Below, one piece after another: positions 1-10,359 of a stretch of 52,144 nucleotides of DNA. The stretch comes from Candidatus Iainarchaeum sp. (lineage in GTDB: Archaea; Iainarchaeota; Iainarchaeia; Iainarchaeales; DTGL01): positions 1 to 52,144 of the forward strand of contig JAWALG010000001.1 of NCBI GenBank assembly GCA_038886995.1. The letters are read 5' to 3'. Each line of letters starts with the position of its first letter. Positions within the stretch are counted from its first letter, which is position 1. Under the pieces are notes generated by a model that was not told the DNA's origin, made no database searches, and saw nothing but the letters and a program-made list of their open reading frames with translations. A program made the translations under genes and the position numbers.

Positions 1-92
1 AACAGGTACATTCCTTGGAAAATTTTTCCCTTGCAAGTTTTAAGGTGTGCTGCCGTTCATTATGCATAAATTCATTCATGGGAAGAGATTTT

Positions 93-884
93 TTAAAGTA
101 TTGCAAAGTATAGCCAATAAACCAAAATATTCAACAGTGTGAGTGGAACACCAATCTTTGAAAACTCAAAGAAAGATAATGACTCTTTGGCTCTTTTCTC
201 TGCGTTTTGTATTATTATAACATTGCTTGCCGCACCAAGTATGCTCAGATTGCCTGCGATTGTGCTGCCTGCAGCCAAAGCCATAAGCTCAGTCAATGAG
301 GCGTTTGCATGGGAAAGTATTGGTATAAAGAGCGCAACCAAAGGAACATTTGAGATAAACTGGCTCAAAATTACACTTATTGCAAAAATAATTGGAACAG
401 AGGAGATATCCAAGTGCAAGTCATTTAGCACAGATTGAAAGAAACCAGTGTCCCAAACGCTTTGCATCAGTACAAACATGCTTGCAAAGTAAATTAGCGT
501 ATGCCAGTCAACCTTTTTTATTATAAAAATTCTTTTGTTGCTAAAGGCAAGTGCAACAGCTGCAACAAAAATGGTAATGTGGACAAGCTCTATTGTGAAA
601 CCAAGGCCTAAAAAGGATGATAAAATTTTGATGAATATGAGAAATAACAAAGCGGACAAAGAAAACCTGGCTATTGAAGCTAACTGTTTGTCTTTTATCT
701 GTTCTCGTCCGTGGAACAAGTAGCCACTCCTAAAATGCTCTCTGTAAAAAATTTTTATAACAAAAAACAAAAGAAACATGTTAATTATAGTCGGTACCAG
801 AAGATAGCTTAAGAATATTATGAATGGGTTTTCAATCCTGCCTTGCGTTGCAATCATAAAGTTCTGTGGGTTGCCTAGAGGCAT
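93..884 (-). pseudogene. ArsB/NhaD/CitM-like (IT superfamily) anion permease, N-terminally truncated
   Basis: Begins at the internal P-x-GNPQN motif. Contains SQFISNVP and GSTIAGNLSILGAASN motifs. An in-frame stop lies about 14 codons upstream and lonB starts 76 nt away, so there is no room for the N-terminal third. Confidence 0.7.
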
Positions 885-960
885 CAGCCAGTAGAAAAAA
901 CAACAATGATAAACCTTTTTAACTTTTCAATCTTAAAATGTATTACGAGTCTGGTTCCTT

Positions 961-2880
961 ATGGATATTCCTGAAAACTACAAAACTACGGCAGAAGTGC
1001 CTGTGCCTGAAAACTTATATGATCAGGTCATAGGGCAGGAAAAAGCAGTTGAGCTTATAAAAAAGGCGGCAGCACAGCGCAGAAATGTTTTGCTTATTGG
1101 ACAACCAGGCACAGGAAAAAGCATGCTTGCTCAAGCAATGGCTGAAATAATGCCTGTGGAACAGCTCGAGGACATACTTGTTTATCCAAACCCCATTGAT
1201 TCAAATAATCCGAAAATCAGGGTTGTGAAGGCCGGCCAAGGCAAAGAGATTGTGAACGAGGAGCGTATAGAAGCAATGCGTGCAGACAGCTCAATGCGCC
1301 TCTTTTCCTTGCTTTTGCCTTTGCTTTGGTTCATCTTCAGCTTTGTGATATGGCAGCTCAAGTGGATACCTGATGTTGTTTATGCAGCACTTTTAATACT
1401 TGGCGGATTCATTCTTATAGCAGCTGCCTTGAGTTCCCAGATGAAGTCAAGGGAAGCAATAACAACTCCAAAGCTCCTTGTAGACAACTCTGGAAAAACT
1501 ACTGCGCCTTTTATAGAAGCAACTGGTGCAAAGGCAGGTGCCCTGCTTGGTGATGTTAGGCACGATCCACTGCAAAGCGGCGGCTTAGGAACGCCTGCAC
1601 ACTTGCGTGTTGAGCCAGGCATGATTCATAGAACACATAAGGGAGTGCTTTTTATAGATGAAATTGCCTCACTTTCTATGAAATCGCAGCAAGAATTGCT
1701 AACAGCAATGCAGGAAAAGAAATACGCGATAACAGGCCAGAGCGAGTTAAGCTCTGGCTCTATGGTTCGCACAGAGCCAGTGCCATGTGACTTTGTTCTT
1801 GTTGCCGCTGGCAATTATGAGGACCTGGCAAGGGTTCATCCTGCACTAAGATCAAGGATAAGGGGATATGGCTATGAGATATACCTAAACCTTGATATGC
1901 CTGATACACCTGAAAACAGGGCAAAGCTTGTAAGGTTTGTTGCCCAAGAAGTGAAAAAAGACGGAAAAATACCTCACTTCACAAAAGAAGCTGTTGATGA
2001 AATAATTCTTGAAGCAAAAAAAAGAGCTCACAGGAAAGACCGCCTTACACTAAAGCTTAGAGACCTTGGCGGTCTTGTAAGGGCTGCTGGCGATATTGCT
2101 AAAAGCAAAGGTAAAGAATTCGTGGAAAGAGCAGACATAATCGAAGCGAAGCTTTCAGCAGTTACGCTTGAGCAGCAAATTATGGAAAAGCTAATAGAAT
2201 TCCGCAAGGACTATGAAGTTTACATAACAGAAGGCTCGGCCATTGGCAGGGTAAATGGCCTTGCTGTAAGCCCTGATGGCTCTGCTGGTTTAGTATTGCC
2301 AATAGAAGCAGAGATAGCACCTGCTGCTTCAAGAGAAGAGGGCAAAATAATTGCAACAGGCAAGCTTGGTGAAATTGCCAGGGAAGCTGTGCAGAATGTG
2401 TCAGCAATAATTAAGAAAGTCAGTGGCAAAGACATAAGCAGGCATGACCTGCACATACAATTCATCCAAACCTATGAGGGGGTTGAAGGTGATTCTGCTT
2501 CTGTAAGCGTTGCCACTGCAGTGATTTCAGCACTCGAAAAAATACCTGTGAAACAAGGCGTTGCAATGACTGGTTCATTGTCAGTAAGAGGTGAAGTGCT
2601 TCCGGTAGGTGGCATAACACCAAAGATAGAAGCAGCAATAAAGGCAGGCTTCAAAGAAGTCATAATACCTAAAGCTAACCTCGCAGATATAGTGATACCA
2701 AAAGAGGAGTTGAAAAAGATAAAAGTCATTCCTGTTTTAACCCTAAATGATGTCCTTGAAAATGCATTGGTGAAAACAAGTGCAAAGAAAAAGTTAATGG
2801 ACTCGCTTAGAAAAATGATTGTTGGGCTACCGAAAATTGACATTGCTGAAGGGCTGAAGGGAAAGGTTACTACTGCTTAA
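961..2880 (+). CDS. lonB: Archaeal membrane-anchored ATP-dependent protease LonB
   Basis: Walker A GQPGTGKS, two-TM insertion, LFIDEI Walker B, catalytic VEGDSAS and PVGGITPK. Confidence 0.97.
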   Translation: MDIPENYKTTAEVPVPENLYDQVIGQEKAVELIKKAAAQRRNVLLIGQPGTGKSMLAQAMAEIMPVEQLEDILVYPNPIDSNNPKIRVVKAGQGKEIVNEERIEAMRADSSMRLFSLLLPLLWFIFSFVIWQLKWIPDVVYAALLILGGFILIAAALSSQMKSREAITTPKLLVDNSGKTTAPFIEATGAKAGALLGDVRHDPLQSGGLGTPAHLRVEPGMIHRTHKGVLFIDEIASLSMKSQQELLTAMQEKKYAITGQSELSSGSMVRTEPVPCDFVLVAAGNYEDLARVHPALRSRIRGYGYEIYLNLDMPDTPENRAKLVRFVAQEVKKDGKIPHFTKEAVDEIILEAKKRAHRKDRLTLKLRDLGGLVRAAGDIAKSKGKEFVERADIIEAKLSAVTLEQQIMEKLIEFRKDYEVYITEGSAIGRVNGLAVSPDGSAGLVLPIEAEIAPAASREEGKIIATGKLGEIAREAVQNVSAIIKKVSGKDISRHDLHIQFIQTYEGVEGDSASVSVATAVISALEKIPVKQGVAMTGSLSVRGEVLPVGGITPKIEAAIKAGFKEVIIPKANLADIVIPKEELKKIKVIPVLTLNDVLENALVKTSAKKKLMDSLRKMIVGLPKIDIAEGLKGKVTTA

Positions 2881-2911
2881 AAACATTGAATAAAAATTGG
2901 GGGGTGTAAAA

Positions 2912-3475
2912 ATGGATAATGCTGCAAATCCTGCACCATTAGGCCTTATGGGCTTCGGGCTTACAACAGTGCTACTGAACTTGCATAATGCAGGTTTCTT
3001 CGGTTTAGGTTCAATGATCCTCGGCATGGGAATCTTTTACGGTGGCCTTGCACAGGTCATTGCAGGAATTATGGAGTTCAAAAATAAGAATACTTTTGGC
3101 GCAACTGCATTTACTTCTTATGGGCTCTTCTGGCTCTCGCTTGTTGCTTTAATTGTGCTTCCGAAGATTGGTTGGGCTGCTGAAACTGACAAAACCGCGA
3201 TGGGCTTTTACCTTTTCATGTGGGGCCTTTTCACTTTGTTGATGTTCATGGGCACGCTCAAAACAAACAGAGCATTACAGTTTGTTTTCGCATCCCTAAC
3301 AATTTTGTTTTTCTTGCTAGCTGCTGGCGACTTCACTGGCAATGCAACTGTAACAAAGGTTGCTGGTTATGAGGGCATAATATGCGGCCTTTCAGCCGTT
3401 TATCTTGGAATAGCGCAGATTCTAAACGAAACATACAACAAAAACGTGCTACCGATATTCCCAGTAAAGAAATAA
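2912..3475 (+). CDS. satP: Acetate/succinate transporter, SatP/YaaH (GPR1/FUN34) family
   Basis: [15 protein letters not shown] signature, [22 protein letters not shown] at 2912 follows GGGGTG. Confidence 0.93.
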   Translation: MDNAANPAPLGLMGFGLTTVLLNLHNAGFFGLGSMILGMGIFYGGLAQVIAGIMEFKNKNTFGATAFTSYGLFWLSLVALIVLPKIGWAAETDKTAMGFYLFMWGLFTLLMFMGTLKTNRALQFVFASLTILFFLLAAGDFTGNATVTKVAGYEGIICGLSAVYLGIAQILNETYNKNVLPIFPVKK

Positions 3476-4165
3476 CTAACCAAGCAGTGGATTTTTTATC
3501 GCGCCAACAGCTAGCGCATAGTAGTAAAATTCTCCCCAAAGCTCATAATACTGTAGCGACTTGTCCTCAAGCTCAGAGTATTTACAAACAAAATCCTTGA
3601 AATTCAACCAAGCATTTCTGTGTTCCTTAAATTCCCTATTCTGAAGGAAAACGCGATAGATTACGCTGTCTAAAAAGCTAGTTCTAGATGGCGGAGTATA
3701 AAGAGGTTCGCGTATATTGGTGCTATAGTAAGTATGGCTGATTTCGGGTGGTTTACTTCCATAGGGGCTCTTTAACTTTACAGTTCGACTTACTTTGTCA
3801 TATTCAAAAACAGATTTTAGCTCGTAATCCGGTGAAAACAAAGACTTCATATACTCCCAACTTTCAAAGGAAACTAAATTGTCACGAGTTATCAACATGT
3901 ACCCCTTGCGATAATTTGGCAAAAGAATTAGAAAGTCCCATATACTACGTTCAGAAGGATGTAGATTCTATTTGCTTACTAGCTTCAAAAGTATACTATC
4001 TGAGGAATATCTTTCTATGTTTATGCACTTTTTATGGTCAAGATAAAGCAAATCTGCAATAAAACCGGATGTGGTTACTCTTAACTTTACAAGAAGTTCT
4101 GCCACTGCGGGCCTGTAATGATAAGGCGGTTCAACGTAGAAGCGTTCTTCTGTAAGTGAAGCCAT
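3476..4165 (-). pseudogene. DUF2207-like C-terminal domain protein interrupted by one in-frame TAG (3968-3970)
   Basis: ORFs 3968..4165 and 3476..3922 are in the same frame and joined by 15 open codons (NLHPSERSIWDFLIL). Motifs PPYHYRPA..ADLLYL..I and W..FKDFV..LWGEFYYYALAVG resemble DUF2207. Confidence 0.65.
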
Positions 4166-4280
4166 GCAAGAATAATACTTTTACCCCTTTTAAATGTTTT
4201 CCATACAGAAAAAGATTATAAACATTCAACCGTTTAGATATATGTGAAAGCAACAATTAAGCTATGTGTGTTGGTTTAGG

Positions 4281-5738
4281 ATGAAAAGTGTAGAAGATAT
4301 TGCAAAGGCACTTAGCGAAATTGAAGTTATTGCGCTTGAAGCTCTAAAGGACGGCTCTGCTTTAGATGAAAGCAGAGTTGCAGAAAAGTCATCATTGAAC
4401 ATAGATTCTGTGCGTAGGGCTCTTGCATGGCTTGGGGAAAAAGGCCTTGTGGAGCTTGAAAAGAGAGAAGAGGAACAGGCAATACTTACAGAGAAAGGTC
4501 TCAAAGCGCTTTCTGAAGGCCTTCCTGAAGAAAAGCTTTTAGGGGCACTCCAAAAGCTTGGCGGCAACGCGGATTTCGGCTCTTTGCTCAAAGAAAGCGG
4601 CTTGAGCAAAATTGAATTTGATGCAGCTTTTGGTAAGCTTAGGCGCAACAATCTAATTGTGCTCAGTGAGGAGAGGAAGGTAACTCTTACCGGTCTCGAA
4701 AAGGAATATTTTGCTCAAGACAAAATAAAACAGCTATTAGCTGAAGTAAAAAACTTTAGAAAAGTCGATGAAAAAAGCCCTGAGTTTGAAGATGCAGCCA
4801 GAAGAGGTCTCTTGGAAAGAAGAAAGAAAATTGTTCTTTTCGCAAGGATAAATGAAAAAGGCCTAAAAGCCATTGAGATATCAAAGAAGATAAGCAAAAG
4901 GGAGTATAACCTGGATGCACAAGTTCAGAGGTTTTTTTTGGGAAAAAAACAGCCATATACAAGGTTTCTTGATGAGGTTAGAGCAAAGCTTATTGCCCTT
5001 GGCTTCAAGGAGATGGAAAGCCCGCTAATAGTGGAAGAGTTTTATAACTTTGATGTGCTGTTCCAGCCGCAGAATCACCCAGCGAGGGACTGGGCAAGCA
5101 CATTTCGGCTCAAGAGCCCAAAGCATGGAAAACTTCCAGAGGAGAAGATAGTGAATGCTGTTAAGGGGGCACATGAAAATGGTGCTAAAACAGGTAGCAG
5201 CGGCTGGGGTTACAAATGGAATGCTGAGCTTGCAAGGCGCCTTATGCCGGCAGCGCATGGCACAGCACACAGCGCAAGGCAGATGGTTAAAGGCGTTGAA
5301 ATTCCCCAAAAATATTTTGCAATAGCTAGATGCTACAGACCTGATAAGATAGATAAGACACACCTAATGGAATTCAACCAGCTTGAAGGAATAATAGTTG
5401 CTGACCTAAGCTTTAGGCACCTTCTTGGAATGCTTAAGGAATTTGCAGAAGAAATTGCTGGTGCTAATGAGGTTAGGTTCAAGCCAGATTATTACCCATT
5501 CACAGAGCCAAGCGTTGAGCTCTCGGCAAAGCACCCCGGGCTTGGGTGGATTGAATTCGGGGGTGCTGGCCTATTTAGGCCAGAGGTAGTAAGGCCGTTA
5601 GGCATAAAATGCAATGTGCTTGCATGGGGCCTTGGGATTGACAGGTTAGCAATGTTTAAGCTTGGCATAGATGATATGAGGGATTTATTCAGCACAGACC
5701 TTGAATGGCTTAGAAACCATGAGATTGTGAGGTTATGA
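4281..5738 (+). CDS. pheS: Phenylalanyl-tRNA synthetase alpha subunit
   Basis: NFDVLFQPQNHPARD, YYPFTEPS, WIEFGGAGLFRPEV, AWGLGIDR; archaeal N-terminal wHTH extension. Confidence 0.97.
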   Translation: MKSVEDIAKALSEIEVIALEALKDGSALDESRVAEKSSLNIDSVRRALAWLGEKGLVELEKREEEQAILTEKGLKALSEGLPEEKLLGALQKLGGNADFGSLLKESGLSKIEFDAAFGKLRRNNLIVLSEERKVTLTGLEKEYFAQDKIKQLLAEVKNFRKVDEKSPEFEDAARRGLLERRKKIVLFARINEKGLKAIEISKKISKREYNLDAQVQRFFLGKKQPYTRFLDEVRAKLIALGFKEMESPLIVEEFYNFDVLFQPQNHPARDWASTFRLKSPKHGKLPEEKIVNAVKGAHENGAKTGSSGWGYKWNAELARRLMPAAHGTAHSARQMVKGVEIPQKYFAIARCYRPDKIDKTHLMEFNQLEGIIVADLSFRHLLGMLKEFAEEIAGANEVRFKPDYYPFTEPSVELSAKHPGLGWIEFGGAGLFRPEVVRPLGIKCNVLAWGLGIDRLAMFKLGIDDMRDLFSTDLEWLRNHEIVRL

Positions 5739-5739
5739 A

Positions 5740-7383
5740 ATGCCAACGATTGAAATAAGCAAAAAAGACCTTGAGATGCTTTTAGGAAAAAAGCTCAGCA
5801 ATGAGGAGTTGCAAGAAAGGGCAATGCCTTTCGTTAAATCAGATATTGAAGACATTCAAGAAGATCTGCTCAAGGTTGAGATAAAAGACACTAACAGGCC
5901 TGATCTTCTAAGCGTTGAAGGAATTGCTAGGGAGCTTCAGGGTTTCTATGGGATAAAAAAAGGTGTGCCAAAGTTCAAAGTCAAAAAAAGCGATGTGAAG
6001 GTTACTGTAGACCCAAAGCTCACCAACATAAGGCCTAAAGGTGCATATGCAATTGCAAAAAATGTAAAGGTTACAGAGCATTTACTAAAGCAGATGATCC
6101 AGCTACAGGAGAAAATATGCGAAACATTCGGAAGAAAAAGAAAAGAAATTGCAATAGGCCTTTTTGACTATGATAAGGTTTGCGGAAATCTTAGGTATTA
6201 TGCTGCAGACCCTAAAACAAAGTTTGTGCCTTTGGACTTTAGCGAAGAGCTTAGCTTGGATGAAATTATTAAGCAGCACCCAAAAGGGCAAGAATATGGA
6301 AGGCTGTTAAGGGATTATGAAAAGTATCCACTGCTTGTTGATGAGAAAGGCGAAGTTCTTTCAATGCCGCCAATAATAAACTCAGAATATTCAGGCAAGG
6401 TTACAACTAATACAAGAAATCTATTTGTTGATGTCACTGGCTTTGACCAGAAAACAATAAACACCGCTTTAGACATAATTTGTGCAGCATTGCACGACAG
6501 GGGCGCAAAAATAGAAAGCGTCATAGTTGAGTACAAAGACAAAAAAATAATTACGCCCATGCTTGGAACTAAAAGAATAAGTGTTGCGAGCGATCTTATT
6601 GAAAATATCGCTGGCATGGAATTCAGAAAAGAGGATATTAAGAAGTATGCAAGCATGAAGAGAATGGACTGCTCATTAAAGAATAAGGCCTTTGAGTTCA
6701 AATATTGTTCTTACAGGGCAGACATAATGCATGCTGTTGACATAATAGAAGACATACTCATAGCTGCAGATTACAACAAGATTAGGCCAGCTCAGGTGCA
6801 GGTGCCATCCAAAGGTTCTGAGCTACCTTTGCGCTCCCACATAACAGCACTAAGAGAGGCCTGCATTGGCCTGGGACTGCAGGAAGTGCTCACATTCACA
6901 CTGACTTCAAAAGAAAGGCAAAGCACGAATGTGATGCTTCCAGAAGAAGGCCTTGTCGAGCTTGAGAACCCACTTTCTACAGAGTATGCTGTCTTTAGGA
7001 GAAGCATACTTCCAGAACTTCTTGCTGTTCTTTCGAGAAATAAGCACCGTGAGTACCCACACAAGATATTTGAGGTTGGAAAAGTTGCACTGAAAAAAAG
7101 CTCGGGAAATGAAGAGTTCGTTGAGGAGAAGGAGCTTGTCTCTATAGCAATTTCACACTCTAAAGCGGACTTCAATGAAATTAAAGCAATATTTGATTCA
7201 ATCTGTTGTGCTATGGGGTATAAGTACAAGGTTGAAAAAATAGAACATGAGTCTTTTGAAAAAGGCCTTTGTGCCAGAGCGTTAATAGGGGGAAAGAGTG
7301 CTATTTTTGGGGTTTTGAGAAAAGAGGTCCTGAAAAACTTCAACTTGGATATGCCTGTAGTTGCGCTCGAGATGGGGATATAG
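5740..7383 (+). CDS. pheT: Phenylalanyl-tRNA synthetase beta subunit
   Basis: MPTI N-terminus, NRPDLLSVEGIAR, LSMPPIINS, YRADIMHAVDIIED; directly follows pheS. Confidence 0.97.
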   Translation: MPTIEISKKDLEMLLGKKLSNEELQERAMPFVKSDIEDIQEDLLKVEIKDTNRPDLLSVEGIARELQGFYGIKKGVPKFKVKKSDVKVTVDPKLTNIRPKGAYAIAKNVKVTEHLLKQMIQLQEKICETFGRKRKEIAIGLFDYDKVCGNLRYYAADPKTKFVPLDFSEELSLDEIIKQHPKGQEYGRLLRDYEKYPLLVDEKGEVLSMPPIINSEYSGKVTTNTRNLFVDVTGFDQKTINTALDIICAALHDRGAKIESVIVEYKDKKIITPMLGTKRISVASDLIENIAGMEFRKEDIKKYASMKRMDCSLKNKAFEFKYCSYRADIMHAVDIIEDILIAADYNKIRPAQVQVPSKGSELPLRSHITALREACIGLGLQEVLTFTLTSKERQSTNVMLPEEGLVELENPLSTEYAVFRRSILPELLAVLSRNKHREYPHKIFEVGKVALKKSSGNEEFVEEKELVSIAISHSKADFNEIKAIFDSICCAMGYKYKVEKIEHESFEKGLCARALIGGKSAIFGVLRKEVLKNFNLDMPVVALEMGI

Positions 7384-7393
7384 GTGCTTATTG

Positions 7394-8056
7394 ATGAACG
7401 AGCCAGAAGGGTTTGATTTGCATCAAAAAGCGCTTTTTATAATTGCACTTGTATTGCTGTATCTTTCATTTCTTGGCGGTTTTTTTGGTTTAGCATTATT
7501 TATTTCATTTTTTTGTTGCATTTTCGGGATAGTGGCCTTAGAGAAAAACAAAGTTGGCGATTTAAAGAAAGCTGCTGCCAAGACATTTGGCTTTTTTTCT
7601 AAGTTGGGCAATCCTTTGCTAATGTGCTTTCTTATAGTATTCCTTGTAGGTTTATTTTTTTACTATGCTTTTGGTGCTGAAGTTGAAAATGTTAGCGACA
7701 TTGGTTATAGCAGCAGATCTGTGTTCATTATTCTTTTAACTGCGCCCATTTTAGAAGAAATTGTGTTTAGGTGGTTTATGCTAAACCAAACTAAGAAGTT
7801 TCTTGAGCGCTTAAACTTTAAGCATGCCGCATTAGCTGCTTTGTTGTTTAGTTCTTTTGCCTTTGGCATAGCTCATACTCTTGGTACAGTTTTATCAGTT
7901 AGAGATGTTGGCATTATAATGGCAACATTTCTGGTTGGAATAATAATTGGAAAGCAATTCTTAAAGGAAGGCCTCGTATCTGCCATGTGGCTCCATGGAA
8001 CCTACAACCTAATACTTTTTCTAGCGCTTTACAACTATTTTTGGGTGTCACTATGA
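7394..8056 (+). CDS. CPBP (CAAX/Abi) intramembrane glutamic protease
   Basis: APILEEIVFR, FGIAH and HGTYN motifs; multiple TM helices. Confidence 0.88.
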   Translation: MNEPEGFDLHQKALFIIALVLLYLSFLGGFFGLALFISFFCCIFGIVALEKNKVGDLKKAAAKTFGFFSKLGNPLLMCFLIVFLVGLFFYYAFGAEVENVSDIGYSSRSVFIILLTAPILEEIVFRWFMLNQTKKFLERLNFKHAALAALLFSSFAFGIAHTLGTVLSVRDVGIIMATFLVGIIIGKQFLKEGLVSAMWLHGTYNLILFLALYNYFWVSL

Positions 8057-8997
8057 AGGAAATCCTTGGTTCAGCAGTAATTTTGATTGTTTTTGCTCTC
8101 TTCTTTTTCTACTTCTTTCACATTTTACTCTATGTTGCACCTTTTGAGGAACTTTCAAAAGGCGTTGGCTTAACGCTTTCATCAGAGGATTTAAACATTA
8201 TTAAGGAATGCGGACTTTTGCTTTTTGACGCAAACGAACTGAGCTGTAATAAAAAAGTATTTATTGGTGAAGGGCGAATTTCGTGCGATTTATACTTTTA
8301 CAATGATGACGCAAACTTTAATATAATTTTTGAGATTACAAAAACTTTGTCAAATGGTAAGAGTTCAATAAAAGATTGCAACGCTGACTTGATTCTGGAA
8401 AAAGGCAAGGATGAGAACTGCGGCATACGCGTATTAATGCATGGGGAAGTCAGCCTTTCAGGTGATGGAAAATCCCGTTTTGTGACACAAACAGAGTGCG
8501 AAAAAAAATACCGCAGAAGATTAGATTTAAACAGCTTGGAGTGTGAACCATACTTTGAAACAATTAAGAGCATTAATCACCTTAAAGACAAAAATACTGA
8601 ATATTTGGTTTTGGGCGAGATTCCATTGGGTGTGGGTGGCGCTAAATTAACAAGCATAAGTTTTAACAAAAAGGAGACAAACACAGCATATCTTAGCTAT
8701 ACAGATTTCCAGCTTTATGAAGGTGCTGCACATAAGAACTTCCTAAAGGTTTCTGGCTTGAGCAGAGAAAGCCTTGAAGGTATCCGTATCAAAAAAATAG
8801 AAGACTGGAATTGCACTAACGAAGAAATTCCAAAATGCTGTTCAAATGGTGTTTGCGTTTATCATACAGGCATAATATCATTCTTTGTTGAAAGCCCTTT
8901 CAACCCAAACACGCGTGTTGACTTCCAATATGATGCCAATGAAGAAAAAAAGCTTGAATTTGTCAAAGCTTTTGCAGTAAAATTAGGCAAAAAATAA
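8053..8997 (+). CDS. Membrane-anchored Cys-rich extracellular protein, D-x-N rich
   Basis: ATGA overlap with the upstream stop, N-terminal TM helix, multiple Cys, 9 D-x-N tripeptides. Confidence 0.75.
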   Translation: MKEILGSAVILIVFALFFFYFFHILLYVAPFEELSKGVGLTLSSEDLNIIKECGLLLFDANELSCNKKVFIGEGRISCDLYFYNDDANFNIIFEITKTLSNGKSSIKDCNADLILEKGKDENCGIRVLMHGEVSLSGDGKSRFVTQTECEKKYRRRLDLNSLECEPYFETIKSINHLKDKNTEYLVLGEIPLGVGGAKLTSISFNKKETNTAYLSYTDFQLYEGAAHKNFLKVSGLSRESLEGIRIKKIEDWNCTNEEIPKCCSNGVCVYHTGIISFFVESPFNPNTRVDFQYDANEEKKLEFVKAFAVKLGKK

Positions 8998-9000
8998 TTT

Positions 9001-10320
9001 TCATTTTATGCGTGCTTTTCCAATTTTGGTTTGCTTGTTGATCTTGTCCATAACTAATTTGGCTTTTATATCCTCAGCCCCATCTAATATTTCTTGAACA
9101 TCTTCGGCCTTTTCCTTTGGCAATAAGAAAGAAACCTCTTTTTCATCGAAGCCGAACAAGGCAGTCAATGCGGCCGCACGGGCTTTATCAGAAAAAAGGA
9201 GCATTATTAGTGGAAGCTCGTTTTGGGAAACGCTTTTTGCAGATTCATTTATTAGCAAAGAAATCTTCTTGCATATGCTTCTCTTTATGGCTCTTTGTTC
9301 AGCACTTTTGCTCAGTTCATTTATAACCTTCGGAAACTGATATTTAACCCACCCATGGTATTCCTTGCTTCGGCTTAAGACAGCACAAGAAGTGGAAAGT
9401 TCTGAGACATAGCGCTTAAGCCCAAAATACTGCCTTTTCAGTATGCGGCCTTCAAAAACATCTGCTAGTGAAACATAGTTTAGTGATTTTGCTGTGTCAG
9501 CAGAATCATACTGCAATGGAATGTTCTCGGCAACCCAGGCAGTAAGTAATTCATCATCAACATCTGATTGTGCCCTTGCCTTTTGAACATCTTTAAATGT
9601 CTTTGCGCGCATTATCATTGCAAGGACATTAAATATGTTCTGTTCCCTTTCTCTGTAGCTCAAATGCTTCACAGCATCAATAGTAATTCCACCTGCAAAG
9701 GATAGGGTCTGCAGGTCAAGGATTGCTGCTCTTACATCTCCAGAAGATTCTTTTGCCAAAAGTTCAATTGCTGCTTCTTCAAATACAAGATTCTCTGCTG
9801 TACAAATCTTTTTTAGCAATGAGAATATTTGCGTATGCATAACCCGGTCCATCTTTATTATTTCACAGCTAGCCCTGATTGGGAGAAGCTTTTTGTTTTC
9901 GTAAATATCATTTGCTGTTAATATAATGGGGTTCATTGAACTCTTGATTAGCTTCGCTATGGCTTCGGCACCACCTTTATCCTGCGGTTGCAAACCATCT
10001 ATCTCATCAAGAAGGATGAGGCGCAATGAGCCAAAAAGCGAGGCGCCTTGTGCAGCATTACCTGCAAATTTTTCTATCAAATCCTTTGTGCGGAAATCGC
10101 TGGCATTCATTTCAAATAGCTGCCAGCCCATTTCTTTCGCGCAAAGATGAGCAAGCGTTGTTTTTCCATTACCTACGGGGCCGTGCAATAGAATTGGTTT
10201 TTGCGGCTTTCCATTTTGCCATGAGTTGGCCCATTCTTTGACCCTCAACACTGCTTGCCCATTTCCTATAAAATCAGGCCATTTTTCAGGAGCATACTTT
10301 TCAGTCCATAGTTCTGACAT
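9001..10320 (-). CDS. rfcL: Replication factor C large subunit
   Basis: WTEKYAP, GPVGNGKTT, EMNASD, LLDEIDG, GDVRAAILDLQ. Confidence 0.95.
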   Translation of the reverse strand: MSELWTEKYAPEKWPDFIGNGQAVLRVKEWANSWQNGKPQKPILLHGPVGNGKTTLAHLCAKEMGWQLFEMNASDFRTKDLIEKFAGNAAQGASLFGSLRLILLDEIDGLQPQDKGGAEAIAKLIKSSMNPIILTANDIYENKKLLPIRASCEIIKMDRVMHTQIFSLLKKICTAENLVFEEAAIELLAKESSGDVRAAILDLQTLSFAGGITIDAVKHLSYREREQNIFNVLAMIMRAKTFKDVQKARAQSDVDDELLTAWVAENIPLQYDSADTAKSLNYVSLADVFEGRILKRQYFGLKRYVSELSTSCAVLSRSKEYHGWVKYQFPKVINELSKSAEQRAIKRSICKKISLLINESAKSVSQNELPLIMLLFSDKARAAALTALFGFDEKEVSFLLPKEKAEDVQEILDGAEDIKAKLVMDKINKQTKIGKARIK

Positions 10321-10359
10321 TAAAATAGTATTGTTGAAAAAGGTTAAATTAGTTCTTGT

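Noticed and set aside
3968-3970. Genome-wide TAG reassignment
   Set aside because: pheT, ychF and tdk end in TAG at plausible C-termini.
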